A stretch of 63,090 nucleotides of DNA, filler included, from an uncultured Myxococcia bacterium (GTDB taxonomy: Bacteria > CAZTWC01): assembly GCA_964617105.1 (NCBI GenBank). It is 5 parts of 5 records of this genome, joined end to end, with 100 filler letters (N's around TTAATTAATTAA, not from the genome) between each part and the next. Parts side by side here need not be neighbours in the genome. Positions count along the whole stretch, not along the records: positions 12,703 to 25,302 come from CAZTWC010000090.1; positions 25,403 to 37,916 come from CAZTWC010000091.1; 3 more parts are not named here. One strand, written 5' to 3'. Made by a program: the position numbers and the translations under genes. Under the pieces are notes generated by a model. The model worked only from the letters and a program-made list of their open reading frames with translations. It was not told the origin of the DNA and did no database searches. Shown in pieces: positions 20,868 to 30,080 of this stretch; within the stretch, counting starts at the first letter, position 1, and each line of letters opens with the position of its first letter.

Positions 20868-22565
20868 ATGGCTAAAAAAGAACAACCCATCAACGGTTCC
20901 CACCTGTTGTTAAAATCCTTAATTCAGGAGGAGGTAGAGGTTATTTTCGGGTACCCGGGTGGAGTGGTGATCCCACTTTATCATGTGATGCGGGAGTATC
21001 CGCAACTAAAGCACATTTTGACTCGTCACGAACAGGCGGCCGCTTTTGCCGCTGAAGGCTATGCCCGGGCCTCTGGTAAAGCCGGAGTCTGCCTGGCCAC
21101 TTCTGGACCAGGGGCTACCAATCTGGTTACCGGAATTGCCAATGCCCACATGGATTCGGTTCCCCTTATCGCCATTACCGGCCAAGTGGTGAGTGGGCTG
21201 ATTGGCCGGGATGCTTTTCAGGAGGTCGATATCACCGGCATTACCCTGCCAATAACCAAACAGAATTATCTGGTAGACCGGGCAGCCGATATACCCAAGA
21301 TTGTCAAAGAGGCTTTTCACATTGCCACTACCGGCCGGCCGGGACCAGTGCATATTGATATTCCGGTGGATGTATTTCGGGAAGAGGTAAAGAGTTTTAT
21401 CTATCCGACCAGGGTGAATCTCCCGGGATACCGACCCAAGTATGTCGGCAGCCTGCGGTCTATCCGCCGGGCTGCTGATTTTATCAATGATTCTAACCGG
21501 CCGTTGGTGATCGCTGGTCATGGGGTGTTGATCTCCCGGGCCTGGAAAGAGTTAATCCAGTTGCTGGAAAAATGCGATATCCCCATTACCCATACCTTGC
21601 TTGGCAAAGGTGTTGTCCCGGAAGACCATCCCCTTTCCTTGGGAATGATTGGAATGCACGGCACTGCCAGGGCCAACAATGCGGTAACCCGGGCCGATTG
21701 TATTGTGGGCATTGGGGTGCGTTTCGATGATCGTATCACCGGCAAACTCGATCTCTTCGGCCGGGGAGCCCAGATTATCCATATTGATATCGATCCCGCC
21801 GAGATAGGTAAAAATATTTCCACCCATATTCCGGTGGTGGGAGATGTAAAAAATATCCTAGAACAACTGCTGCTGATGGTAAACAGCAGCGATCACCGCC
21901 GCTGGTTCAAGGAGTTGGAGGAGATAAAACCACCCATTCCCGAATTGGTTCATAAAAATGAATTAACCGCACCTTTGGTGATTAGTAAGGTGGCAAAAAA
22001 GGTTAGAGAAAAGTTTGGCAACAATTTTTTAGTGGTTACCGATGTAGGGCAACACCAGATGTGGACCGCCCAACATATGGCCGTAGACCGGCCCAACACT
22101 TTTTTGTCCTCCGGCGGCCTGGGAGCCATGGGATATGGTTTGCCAGCCTCTATTGGGGCAAAAATGGCCAGGCCAACCGAAACCGTAATCCTGATATGCG
22201 GCGATGGCGGACTACAGATGAATATCCAGGAACTGATAACTCTTCTACAAGAGGAGATATCAATTAAAATTTTTGTGATCAATAATGCCTATCTGGGCAT
22301 GGTAAGGCAATGGCAGGAGTTGTTTTATGGAAAAAATTATGCTTCTACCAAATTGCATAACCCCCATTTTGTAAAAGTAGCCCAGGCTTATGGGCTTGAA
22401 GCAAAAGCAGTGGATAAACCGGAGTTGCTGGAGGATGCCATAGATTCAGTACTGGATCATAAAGGCCCGACCTTGTTGGAGTGCAAGGTAAAGAGCGAGG
22501 ATAATGTGTATCCGATGATTAAGCCAGGGGCCGGCCTCAAAGACATAATCATCGGGCGACGATAG
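20868..22565 (+). CDS. ilvB: Acetolactate synthase large subunit
   Basis: FGYPGG, RHEQ, TSGPGATN, DVGQHQMW, GDGG..N TPP motif, GMVRQWQ. Confidence 0.96.
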   Translation: MAKKEQPINGSHLLLKSLIQEEVEVIFGYPGGVVIPLYHVMREYPQLKHILTRHEQAAAFAAEGYARASGKAGVCLATSGPGATNLVTGIANAHMDSVPLIAITGQVVSGLIGRDAFQEVDITGITLPITKQNYLVDRAADIPKIVKEAFHIATTGRPGPVHIDIPVDVFREEVKSFIYPTRVNLPGYRPKYVGSLRSIRRAADFINDSNRPLVIAGHGVLISRAWKELIQLLEKCDIPITHTLLGKGVVPEDHPLSLGMIGMHGTARANNAVTRADCIVGIGVRFDDRITGKLDLFGRGAQIIHIDIDPAEIGKNISTHIPVVGDVKNILEQLLLMVNSSDHRRWFKELEEIKPPIPELVHKNELTAPLVISKVAKKVREKFGNNFLVVTDVGQHQMWTAQHMAVDRPNTFLSSGGLGAMGYGLPASIGAKMARPTETVILICGDGGLQMNIQELITLLQEEISIKIFVINNAYLGMVRQWQELFYGKNYASTKLHNPHFVKVAQAYGLEAKAVDKPELLEDAIDSVLDHKGPTLLECKVKSEDNVYPMIKPGAGLKDIIIGRR

Positions 22566-22676
22566 CGGTGCATCTGCGGCGTTGCCGAAAATTATTTAAT
22601 CCTCGACGTATTATATATACGACTGCGGTTAAATAATTTTCGGCGCCTTGCATCTACACCACTCTCGTCGCCCGAT
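22551..22676. repeat. 126-bp imperfect palindromic element (REP/MITE-like) overlapping the ilvB stop
   Basis: Outer arms ATCGGGCGACGA/TCGTCGCCCGAT, inner arms GCCGAAAATTATTTAA/TTAAATAATTTTCGGC, apical CGTA..TACG. Confidence 0.85.
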
Positions 22677-22730
22677 ACATTAGGGTATTGATAGCGGTGC
22701 ATCCATAAAACAATTTTTTAGGTGTTTTAT

Positions 22731-23279
22731 ATGAATAGAGAGCATGTGATTATCGTGCTGGTGCAGCACAAGCCAGGGGTTTTAAACAAGATAACCTCCC
22801 TGTTGAGGCGGCGGCGGTTTAATATCAAGAGTGTTACCGATGGACCTTCGGTGCAGGATAGTATCTACCGGATTACTATAGTTGTAGATGGCAGCGACAC
22901 CAATGTGGAGCAGGTGATCAAACAATTATATAAACTAATCGAGGTGGTAAAAATTAGCGATGTCACCAACCGGGATCTTATTTTAAGGGAGTTGGCTTTT
23001 ATTAAGATCTATGTTCCGCCCGTAAAGCGGCAGGAGGTGATTAAACTGGCGGAAATATTCAGCACCCGGGTGACAGATGTGTCTAAAAACACCATGATCC
23101 TGGAGATAGTGGACAACCAGGGGAGGATAAATTCTCTGGTTGAAACTTTGCGGCCTTATGGTATTAAGGAGATAAGCCGTAGCGGCATGATCGCCATGAC
23201 CAGGGACAGTGAAGATTTATTTATATCGAGAGTAGGAAAAAAAGGCTCAGAGGTTAGTGCAGAAGAAGACAGAACGTAA
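22731..23279 (+). CDS. ilvN: Acetolactate synthase small (regulatory) subunit
   Basis: ACT domain: HKPGVLNKI, RRRFNIKS, EQVIKQLYKLIEV, RELAFIK. Confidence 0.94.
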   Translation: MNREHVIIVLVQHKPGVLNKITSLLRRRRFNIKSVTDGPSVQDSIYRITIVVDGSDTNVEQVIKQLYKLIEVVKISDVTNRDLILRELAFIKIYVPPVKRQEVIKLAEIFSTRVTDVSKNTMILEIVDNQGRINSLVETLRPYGIKEISRSGMIAMTRDSEDLFISRVGKKGSEVSAEEDRT

Positions 23280-23295
23280 AAAAGAGAGGTGCAAA

Positions 23296-24279
23296 ATGTT
23301 TTATCAACAAGATACAGATATCGAAATAATCCGTAATCGCAAAGTTTGTATTGTGGGTTATGGCTCTCAGGGACATGCCCATGCTCAAAATTTGAGGGAT
23401 TCTGGTTGCCAGGTGATAGTGGCCGAGGTGCCGGGAGATAATTGGCAGCAGGCGGAAAAAGATGGTTTTAAAGTAGTGGAGGTTGAAGAGGGGAGCAAAT
23501 GGGCTAACCTGGTGATGATATTGGCTCCGGACACTATGCAGGGGGAAATATTTCATAAATCGATAGCCCCAAATATGGATAGCGGCGATGCTTTATGCTT
23601 TGCTCATGGTTTCAATATCCATTTTGGTTATATTGAACCGCCCCGGGAGATAGATGTTTTCATGGTAGCCCCCAAGGGCCCAGGCCATTTGTTGCGCCGT
23701 ACTTTTCTTGAGAAGTGGGGAGTTCCGGCGCTGGTAGCAGTGGCTCAAGATTTTAGCGGCCAGGTGATGAAATTGGCTCTCTCATACACCGCCGCCCTGG
23801 GGAGTGCCCGGGTTGGGGTGCTAGAAACCACCTTTGAGGAGGAAACTGTTACCGACCTGTTTGGAGAGCAGACCGTTCTTTGTGGCGGTTTAACCCACCT
23901 GATTACAGCTGCCTTCGAAACTCTGGTAGAGGCTGGATACAAACCGGAAGTCGCCTATTTTGAATGTCTTCACGAGGTGAAGTTGATTACCGATCTTATC
24001 CAGGCCGGGGGGATTTCCAGTATGCGCTATTCCATTTCCGATACTGCTGAATGGGGGGACTATGTTTCTGGTCCCAAAGTGATTACCAAAGAAACCAGGG
24101 CCGGGATGAAAGAGATATTGGGGGAGATCCAGAATGGTAAATTTGCCTCCAACTGGATGGAGGAATATAAAAATGGATTAAAGGATTTTCATCAGATGAG
24201 AGAGAAGGGGCAGAAACATCCCCTGGAGGAAACCGGGGCGAGACTGCGCAAATTGATGAAAATAGAGAAATTGACCTGA
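23296..24279 (+). CDS. ilvC: Ketol-acid reductoisomerase (class I)
   Basis: GYGSQGHAHAQNLRDSG, FAHGFNIH, MVAPKGPGH, DLFGEQTVLCGG, SISDTAEWG. Confidence 0.97.
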   Translation: MFYQQDTDIEIIRNRKVCIVGYGSQGHAHAQNLRDSGCQVIVAEVPGDNWQQAEKDGFKVVEVEEGSKWANLVMILAPDTMQGEIFHKSIAPNMDSGDALCFAHGFNIHFGYIEPPREIDVFMVAPKGPGHLLRRTFLEKWGVPALVAVAQDFSGQVMKLALSYTAALGSARVGVLETTFEEETVTDLFGEQTVLCGGLTHLITAAFETLVEAGYKPEVAYFECLHEVKLITDLIQAGGISSMRYSISDTAEWGDYVSGPKVITKETRAGMKEILGEIQNGKFASNWMEEYKNGLKDFHQMREKGQKHPLEETGARLRKLMKIEKLT

Positions 24280-24290
24280 GGTTATTGTCC

Positions 24291-25302
24291 ATGACTACGG
24301 AAAAAATCAGATTGACCAATTATGCCCAGGCTTCTGGTTGAGCGGCCAAGATAGGTCCAGGGGTCCTGGACCAGGTTTTATCGGGGTTGAAGTTACCGTT
24401 TGACCCGCGGGTTTTAGCCGGCTTTAAGGGTTCGGAAGATGCCGGAGTGTATAAAATAAGTGATGATCTGGCCATTATCCAGACCATTGATTTTTTTACT
24501 CCGGTAGTTGATGATCCGCGTATCTTCGGCCGGGTGGCTGCCGCTAATTCTCTAAGTGATATCTATGCCATGGGTGGCTATCCTCTCTGTGCGGTCAACG
24601 TGGTTTGTTTTTCCAGTAAAAAATTGGGTCTGGATACTCTACAGGAAATTTTGGGCGGAGGCCTGGATATTTTGAAGGAGGCCGGGGTGGCCCTGGTGGG
24701 AGGACACAGTATTGACGATCAAGTGCCCAAGTATGGATTGTCGGTTTTAGGACAAGTGGAACCCGCCAAAATGATGTTGAACAGTAATCTGCAACCGGGG
24801 ATGCAACTGGTGCTCACCAAGGCTGTGGGAACTGGAGTGATTGCCACTGCTTTAAAGGCTGACAAAGCAGACTCCGCCTGGGTGGAGTCAATGGTGGAGT
24901 CTATGTGTGCTCTTAACCGTGACGCCTCTCAAGTGGCGGTTAAACATGGTGTTAAGTCCTGTACTGATGTTACCGGTTTTGGCCTGGCCGGTCATTTGGT
25001 GGAGATGGCCCGGGCTAGCCAGTGCAAAATTCGTTTTCATTGTTCCAAGGTGCCTCTGTTGCCAGGATGCCAGCAGGCTTTAACTCTCAATCAGGTGCCG
25101 GGAGGAACCAAAAGAAACCAGGAGTTTTTCAAATCCTTTATAAAGACAGAATTATCTCCAGAGGATCAGGCCATGAACCTGATTTTTGATCCCCAGACCT
25201 CTGGTGGGTTGATTTTAGGGGTTGAGCCCTCAAAAACCAAGGCTTTGCTGACAGATCTAAAAGCAGAGGGGGTCCTAACCGGCGCTATTATTGGAGAAGT
25301 GG
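24291..25302 (+). CDS. selD: Selenide, water dikinase containing selenocysteine (in-frame TGA), 3'-truncated
   Basis: MTTEKIRLTNYAQASG-TGA-AAKIGP in frame with QTIDFFTPVVDDP, ANSLSDIYAMGG, GGHS, TDVTGFGLAGH, DPQTSGGL. Confidence 0.95.
24339..24372 (+). promoter_or_regulatory. Sec UGA codon and bacterial SECIS hairpin
   Basis: TGA at 24339-24341; stem-loop GGTCCAGG-GGT-CCTGGACC at 24354-24372, starting 12 nt after the UGA. Confidence 0.8.
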
Positions 25303-25402
25303 NNNNNNNNNNNNNNNNNNNNNNNNNNNNNNNNNNNNNNNNNNNNTTAATTAATTAANNNNNNNNNNNNNNNNNNNNNNNNNNNNNNNNNNNNNNNNNN
25401 NN
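25303..25402. other. Artificial contig linker
   Basis: 44 N + TTAATTAATTAA + 44 N. Confidence 0.99.
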
Positions 25403-25631
25403 AGGACTGCGAAGGACATAAAAAATGGTTGATAGATAAGTCCGAAGGTGGTTTGCGAATAGTGTAGTTGATATAATATTTTTGATTGTACACATCTTTA
25501 CAATTTTGACAAAAATCGATGAGTTCGGTCCAGCATAAATGAACCACCATGGTAATAAAACCGAGAATAATGATGTGCAGACCACAAATATTGATAGAGT
25601 TTTGTGCTAATTTTTTTGGGGTTGAAAACAT
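25403..25631 (-). CDS. Hypothetical protein downstream of hgcB, 3'-truncated
   Basis: ATG with AGAGG upstream, one hydrophobic stretch and a CQNC motif; no family recognised. Confidence 0.3.
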
Positions 25632-25677
25632 ATGGCCCTCTGGTGGTTCTTAATCATTTTTTACTATGGCAAGGAAA

Positions 25678-25995
25678 TCAGCAGCAACTGTTGTTGCTAT
25701 CGGAACTACAGTCGCAAGTTGGTTCCGTCCCCTTTATAGCTCCCATTATAATAGCATAGGCACACCCCACACCCGCCCTTACCGTTAACGCCTGGGTGGG
25801 ACAATTTTGAGCGCAGGCACCGCACTCCATGCACCTGTCCCGGTTATTGATCTTTACACCTTCTTCTTTACTTTGAAAAACCCGGTGGGGGCATACAATA
25901 GCGCAAATACCGCAGCCACAACATTTATCCTGGTCAAATTCCAAGGTGGTTACTCCGGATAGATATTTTAGTTGTCCTATAGATGATAATTTCAT
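25678..25995 (-). CDS. hgcB: Mercury methylation ferredoxin HgcB
   Basis: CCGCGICAIVCPH and CMECGACAQNCP, GVGCA, C-terminal CDC..CC; 4 bp downstream of hgcA. Confidence 0.96.
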   Translation of the reverse strand: MKLSSIGQLKYLSGVTTLEFDQDKCCGCGICAIVCPHRVFQSKEEGVKINNRDRCMECGACAQNCPTQALTVRAGVGCAYAIIMGAIKGTEPTCDCSSDSNNSCC

Positions 25996-25999
25996 GGTT

Positions 26000-27019
26000 T
26001 CAACCCCCTATAACCGATTCCGAGCCCGGGACAAAGCGGCTAAAAAGCCATAGGCCCAAACCCAATAAACTGGCTGCCAATTGAAAAGGTATAGCCTGGC
26101 GCATCTCTTTTATTACTCCGGATAAAGAGGTGTAGGTGGAAGAGCCGGTAAAATTCATGGCGGCAAAAGAGGAAATAGCAGGAACAATCAAGGCCCAGGC
26201 TGCAATCTCCGGCCAGGAAAGGGCTGTATACTGATAACTCAAGGCCAACCCGGCCAAGATCAAACCTGCCAGGGCTCCTTTTAAGGAGAAGGCCCGGCCC
26301 GGTAAAAAGGGCAACAGAATCGGAGTTACAAAAGTGCCGCCCAGATAGGCAAAAAACAGGTTAAATACGGCGATTAAACCCTGGCCCCACATCTTATCCA
26401 GACTAAAACCAAGGTTATCCAGCCCAGAGAGCAGAAAAAATATTAGCATCACCAAAAAGGCATATTTAAAACCGGTTACCATCTCCACCGGGATCAAAAT
26501 CAAACGATCCTTTAGAGAAAACTTCACCTGCCGCATGGGTGGCTCAGCCAAATACCCGGCCTCCAAAAATGCCGGAATATCCTCTGCCCGCACCGGCCCG
26601 TAGATCACTTTAAACCCAGTATCTTTTTTCACCTGAAAAGAAGCCACCCCCGGAGCAGCCAATTGGGGCAGAATTATCCTCTTATGACTAACCACCTCTT
26701 TCAGCGCCACCGTCTGAATGCGCTCCACCAACTCCTGGGTACCAAAAGTTCCCTTGCCCGCAGCGCACCATACGTTGATCCCCCTGGTATCCAACACCAA
26801 AATCCAGGCCCGAATCCCCTTAAGCGCCCGGCGCAGGGTATCGAAACTGAGTTTGTAGTTGGCGGATACAAACACCTCTGAATGGCGGTCAGGGTTATTA
26901 AGCGCATACAGGCCCGGTTTCACCTGGTAATTGTTCCGGCCAATAGACAACCGAACCTTTAGATTACCCCAATGGTCCCTTTGGGAAAGGTCTGAATTTA
27001 TCGATGCTTTATCCTCCAT
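26000..27019 (-). CDS. hgcA: Mercury methylation corrinoid protein HgcA
   Basis: PGLYAL, ANYKLSFD, cap helix GINVWCAAGKGTFG, YGPVRAED, C-terminal TM helices with NFTGSSTYTSLSGV. Confidence 0.97.
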   Translation of the reverse strand: MEDKASINSDLSQRDHWGNLKVRLSIGRNNYQVKPGLYALNNPDRHSEVFVSANYKLSFDTLRRALKGIRAWILVLDTRGINVWCAAGKGTFGTQELVERIQTVALKEVVSHKRIILPQLAAPGVASFQVKKDTGFKVIYGPVRAEDIPAFLEAGYLAEPPMRQVKFSLKDRLILIPVEMVTGFKYAFLVMLIFFLLSGLDNLGFSLDKMWGQGLIAVFNLFFAYLGGTFVTPILLPFLPGRAFSLKGALAGLILAGLALSYQYTALSWPEIAAWALIVPAISSFAAMNFTGSSTYTSLSGVIKEMRQAIPFQLAASLLGLGLWLFSRFVPGSESVIGG

Positions 27020-27050
27020 GATTATTTCCTTGGCATCCCTATGGATACTA

Positions 27051-27072
27051 TTAATTTTTGAGCAAGCCCTAA
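27051..27072. repeat. Copy of dispersed ~22-bp intergenic repeat
   Basis: TTAATTTTTGAGCAAGCCCTAA; similar copies at 29851, 32745, 46444 and inverted at 4525, 59162. Confidence 0.6.
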
Positions 27073-27077
27073 GGTAA

Positions 27078-29849
27078 TCAAAGTTGAGCAGAATCAGAGG
27101 TCAAATAACCTTCGATAACCTGGAGTAGTTTTTTCTTTTTAATCGGTTTGACCATAAAATAGGAAAAACCTGCCTTTATACTCAATACCCGTTTTTCTTC
27201 CTGAGCATAGGCGGTAACAGCCACAATGGGTACAGAGTTACGGTTGTTCTCCTCTTCCCAACGACGCATCTCCGAGGTGGCAGTAAATCCATCCATTACC
27301 GGCATTTGCAAGTCCATCAATACCAGGTCAAAATTATCTTTACGAAACATCTCCAGCGCTTGTTTACCATTTTTCGCCTCCTCCAAAAGATAGGAGCACT
27401 TTTTTAAAAATGCTCTGATCAGCAGCCGGTTCTCTTTCATGTCATCAACTACCAGAATTTTAACTTGTTTCTCCACTCCCTTTAATTGGGTAATTGGACA
27501 GGTTTGCTCCAATGGCTCTTTCTCTTGATCCACTCCCAAAGGAATGGTGAAGAAAAATATGGTGTCTCCTTTTGAAGGACTATCGAACCAGATTTTTCCT
27601 CCAGCATCCTCTACCAGCCGTTTAGTTATGGCCAGGCCCAGTCCTACTCCCTGGAATTTTTTAACGCTCGATGAATCCGCCTGGAAAAAGGGCTGGTAAA
27701 TCATTTCCTTATGATCATGGGAAACTCCAACGCCGGTATCGTAAACAGAGAAGATCAAAAAGGACGATGCCTGGTTTTGTTCAGGAGATTGTTCCTGGGT
27801 CAACAATTTTACTTTTAATTCTATTTCGCGGTCAGGGGGATCTTCTAAGCCGTCAATCCCTTTTTGGGCAATGATTTTCAGATTTGGATCATTTGGATCA
27901 TTCGGATCGTTCCAAGTATGCTTTTTTTCCGCCACAGTATTTTCATCGAGTTTGAGCCATTTGAACAGAGTCTGGTGAAGTTGTTCTGGTTTCATTGGTT
28001 TGAGAAGATAATCGTTTGCACCTGCATCAAGACATTTTTTCCAATTTTCAGGATCAATATCCGCTGTCATAATAATAATCGGTAAGTTCTCCAACTCTTT
28101 ATGAGTCCGGAGTTTTCGGGTAGCCTGGCTTCCGTCCATCTGAGGCATGTGCAAGTCCATAAGCACCAAATCGATCTTCCCTTCCCGGCTATCATTAATA
28201 TCAGCGCTGCCGCAAAGAAAATCCACTGCTTCCAATCCATTGGCAGCGACAAAAACTCTGGCGCCCAGGGTGATTAGTAACCCTTCGATTATTTCCTGAT
28301 TCAAGGAGTTGTCTTCCACCAGCAAAACAGAAACATTTTGCAAAGATTTAGAGTGCGGATCGATTGGTACGGTGAATATCTGCTCATCCTCAACTGCTTT
28401 GCCTTGCTGAAGACAAACAGTAAAATAAAAGATGCTCCCTTTACCAAACGTACTTTGCACACCAATTTCACCGTCCATTAAATCTACCAATTTTTTACTG
28501 ATACACAATCCCAGCCCTGTTCCTCCATAGCGGCGGGTAAAGGATGACTCCGCCTGAGTAAAGGGTTGGAACAGCCTGGCCTGCTGCTCTTTGGTGACAC
28601 CGATGCCGGAATCTTTTATTTCGAAACGGAGAGATATGTCTCCGGTTTCTGATGATTCCCCGATCAAAGTAGCGGATATATCGATTTTTCCTTGTGGCGT
28701 AAACTTAATAGCATTGCTGACCAGATTGAGCAGCACTTGTTTCAGACGCAAAGAATCTCCCTGTAAAGAGGTCGGTATCTCTTTGGAGAGATGAAATTGA
28801 ATCGCCAGTCCCTTTTCTCTGGCTTTTGGAAATAGTATCCCCGCCAGGTTGTCAAAGAGATCTTTTAAATGGAAAGAATTGTTTTCCAGTTGAATCATCC
28901 CCTCCTCAACCTTGGAGAGATCAAGGATATTATTGATGATATCCAGCAGCATTTCCGAAGAACTCTGGATCTTTTTCAGGTAATCGAGTTGAGTACCGTC
29001 CAGACTGGTCTTGGCCAGTAAATGGGTCATACCGAAAATAGCATTCATGGGGGTGCGGATCTCATGGGTCATATTGGCCAAGAACCGGCCTTTGGCTTGA
29101 TAGGCATCCTCGGCTTTCTCTTTGGCATGGTTAATGGCTTGTTCCATCTCCTTTTCCAAGGTCCGGTCCCGCAAGGACAACAAAAAGGATTGTTCTTGCT
29201 CCCACTGTGTGGATACCGCTGTTACCTGGACTGTCTTAAATTGCTGATTTGGACCGATAATAGAGATCTCCGTACTATTGCCGTCAGTTACAGGAATTCC
29301 AAAAGCGTAATTTTCCAATTCATGAGCCTTTTTATTGAAAATTTCTTCTGCCGCTGGATTGGCAAAGCGGATTAAACCTTTTTGGTCTACAATAATCAGA
29401 CCATTGGGGTTGTTGAAAATGGCCAGGTGGTAATTCTCCTCGGAGTTTTTTAAAGCATTTTCCAATCTGAACCTATGGTTTTTCAATTCAACCTGTTTGG
29501 TAATATCCTCTTTTATAGCCATAAAATGGGTAATCTCCCCCTGGTCATCTTTAATCGAAGATATCGAGGCTCTTTCCCAATATATTTCACCGTTTTTTCT
29601 GCGGTTGTGAAATTCTCCCTTCCAGGTTTTACCCTTTAAAATGGTTTGCCATAAATTGCGGTAAAAAGATTCTGGGTGACTGCCGTATTTGAGAATGCGG
29701 GGATTTTGGTTAATAACTTCCTGGGCCGAGTAACCAGTTACCTGGCAAAATTTGTTATTTACGTAAATGATTTTCCCCTCACGGTCGGTAATTACCACCA
29801 TGAACGGAATCTGTCCCATAGCGATTTGTATCTGGTCAATCAATTGCAT
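27078..29849 (-). CDS. Hybrid histidine kinase PAS-PAS-HisKA-HATPase-REC-(partial HATPase)-REC
   Basis: FLANMTHEIRTPMN, NLVSNAIKFT, GGTGLGL, two DLVLMDLxMP receivers; second DTGVG/F/GVGLGL block lacks H-box. Confidence 0.93.
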   Translation of the reverse strand: MQLIDQIQIAMGQIPFMVVITDREGKIIYVNNKFCQVTGYSAQEVINQNPRILKYGSHPESFYRNLWQTILKGKTWKGEFHNRRKNGEIYWERASISSIKDDQGEITHFMAIKEDITKQVELKNHRFRLENALKNSEENYHLAIFNNPNGLIIVDQKGLIRFANPAAEEIFNKKAHELENYAFGIPVTDGNSTEISIIGPNQQFKTVQVTAVSTQWEQEQSFLLSLRDRTLEKEMEQAINHAKEKAEDAYQAKGRFLANMTHEIRTPMNAIFGMTHLLAKTSLDGTQLDYLKKIQSSSEMLLDIINNILDLSKVEEGMIQLENNSFHLKDLFDNLAGILFPKAREKGLAIQFHLSKEIPTSLQGDSLRLKQVLLNLVSNAIKFTPQGKIDISATLIGESSETGDISLRFEIKDSGIGVTKEQQARLFQPFTQAESSFTRRYGGTGLGLCISKKLVDLMDGEIGVQSTFGKGSIFYFTVCLQQGKAVEDEQIFTVPIDPHSKSLQNVSVLLVEDNSLNQEIIEGLLITLGARVFVAANGLEAVDFLCGSADINDSREGKIDLVLMDLHMPQMDGSQATRKLRTHKELENLPIIIMTADIDPENWKKCLDAGANDYLLKPMKPEQLHQTLFKWLKLDENTVAEKKHTWNDPNDPNDPNLKIIAQKGIDGLEDPPDREIELKVKLLTQEQSPEQNQASSFLIFSVYDTGVGVSHDHKEMIYQPFFQADSSSVKKFQGVGLGLAITKRLVEDAGGKIWFDSPSKGDTIFFFTIPLGVDQEKEPLEQTCPITQLKGVEKQVKILVVDDMKENRLLIRAFLKKCSYLLEEAKNGKQALEMFRKDNFDLVLMDLQMPVMDGFTATSEMRRWEEENNRNSVPIVAVTAYAQEEKRVLSIKAGFSYFMVKPIKKKKLLQVIEGYLTSDSAQL

Positions 29850-30080
29850 ATTAAGCGAGCCCTAAATCTCTGTCATTAGTCCTTGTTGACGATAAAATAT
29901 TAAAAGTATTTTACCCTAATGTAAACCGATTTTTAAACGCGCCCTAAAAATTATCCGCTTTTGGATGCACAACCAGCTTGTGCCGTTTGGAATAATCTGC
30001 ATTGACAAAAAGTCTATAAATCCATATTAATGAATATCCGCTATTAACATTGCTCAAAAGCTTTTCAAAGGAGTTGACCT

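Noticed and set aside
24291-27019. selD apparently adjacent to hgcAB, suggesting a Se-Hg locus
   Set aside because: An artificial linker at 25303-25402 separates two length-sorted contigs; the adjacency is an artefact
27020-27080. Selenocysteine-containing N-terminal extension of HgcA
   Set aside because: The upstream in-frame sequence has no UGA or Cys-Sec motif, and the ATG at 27019 has its own AAGGA RBS
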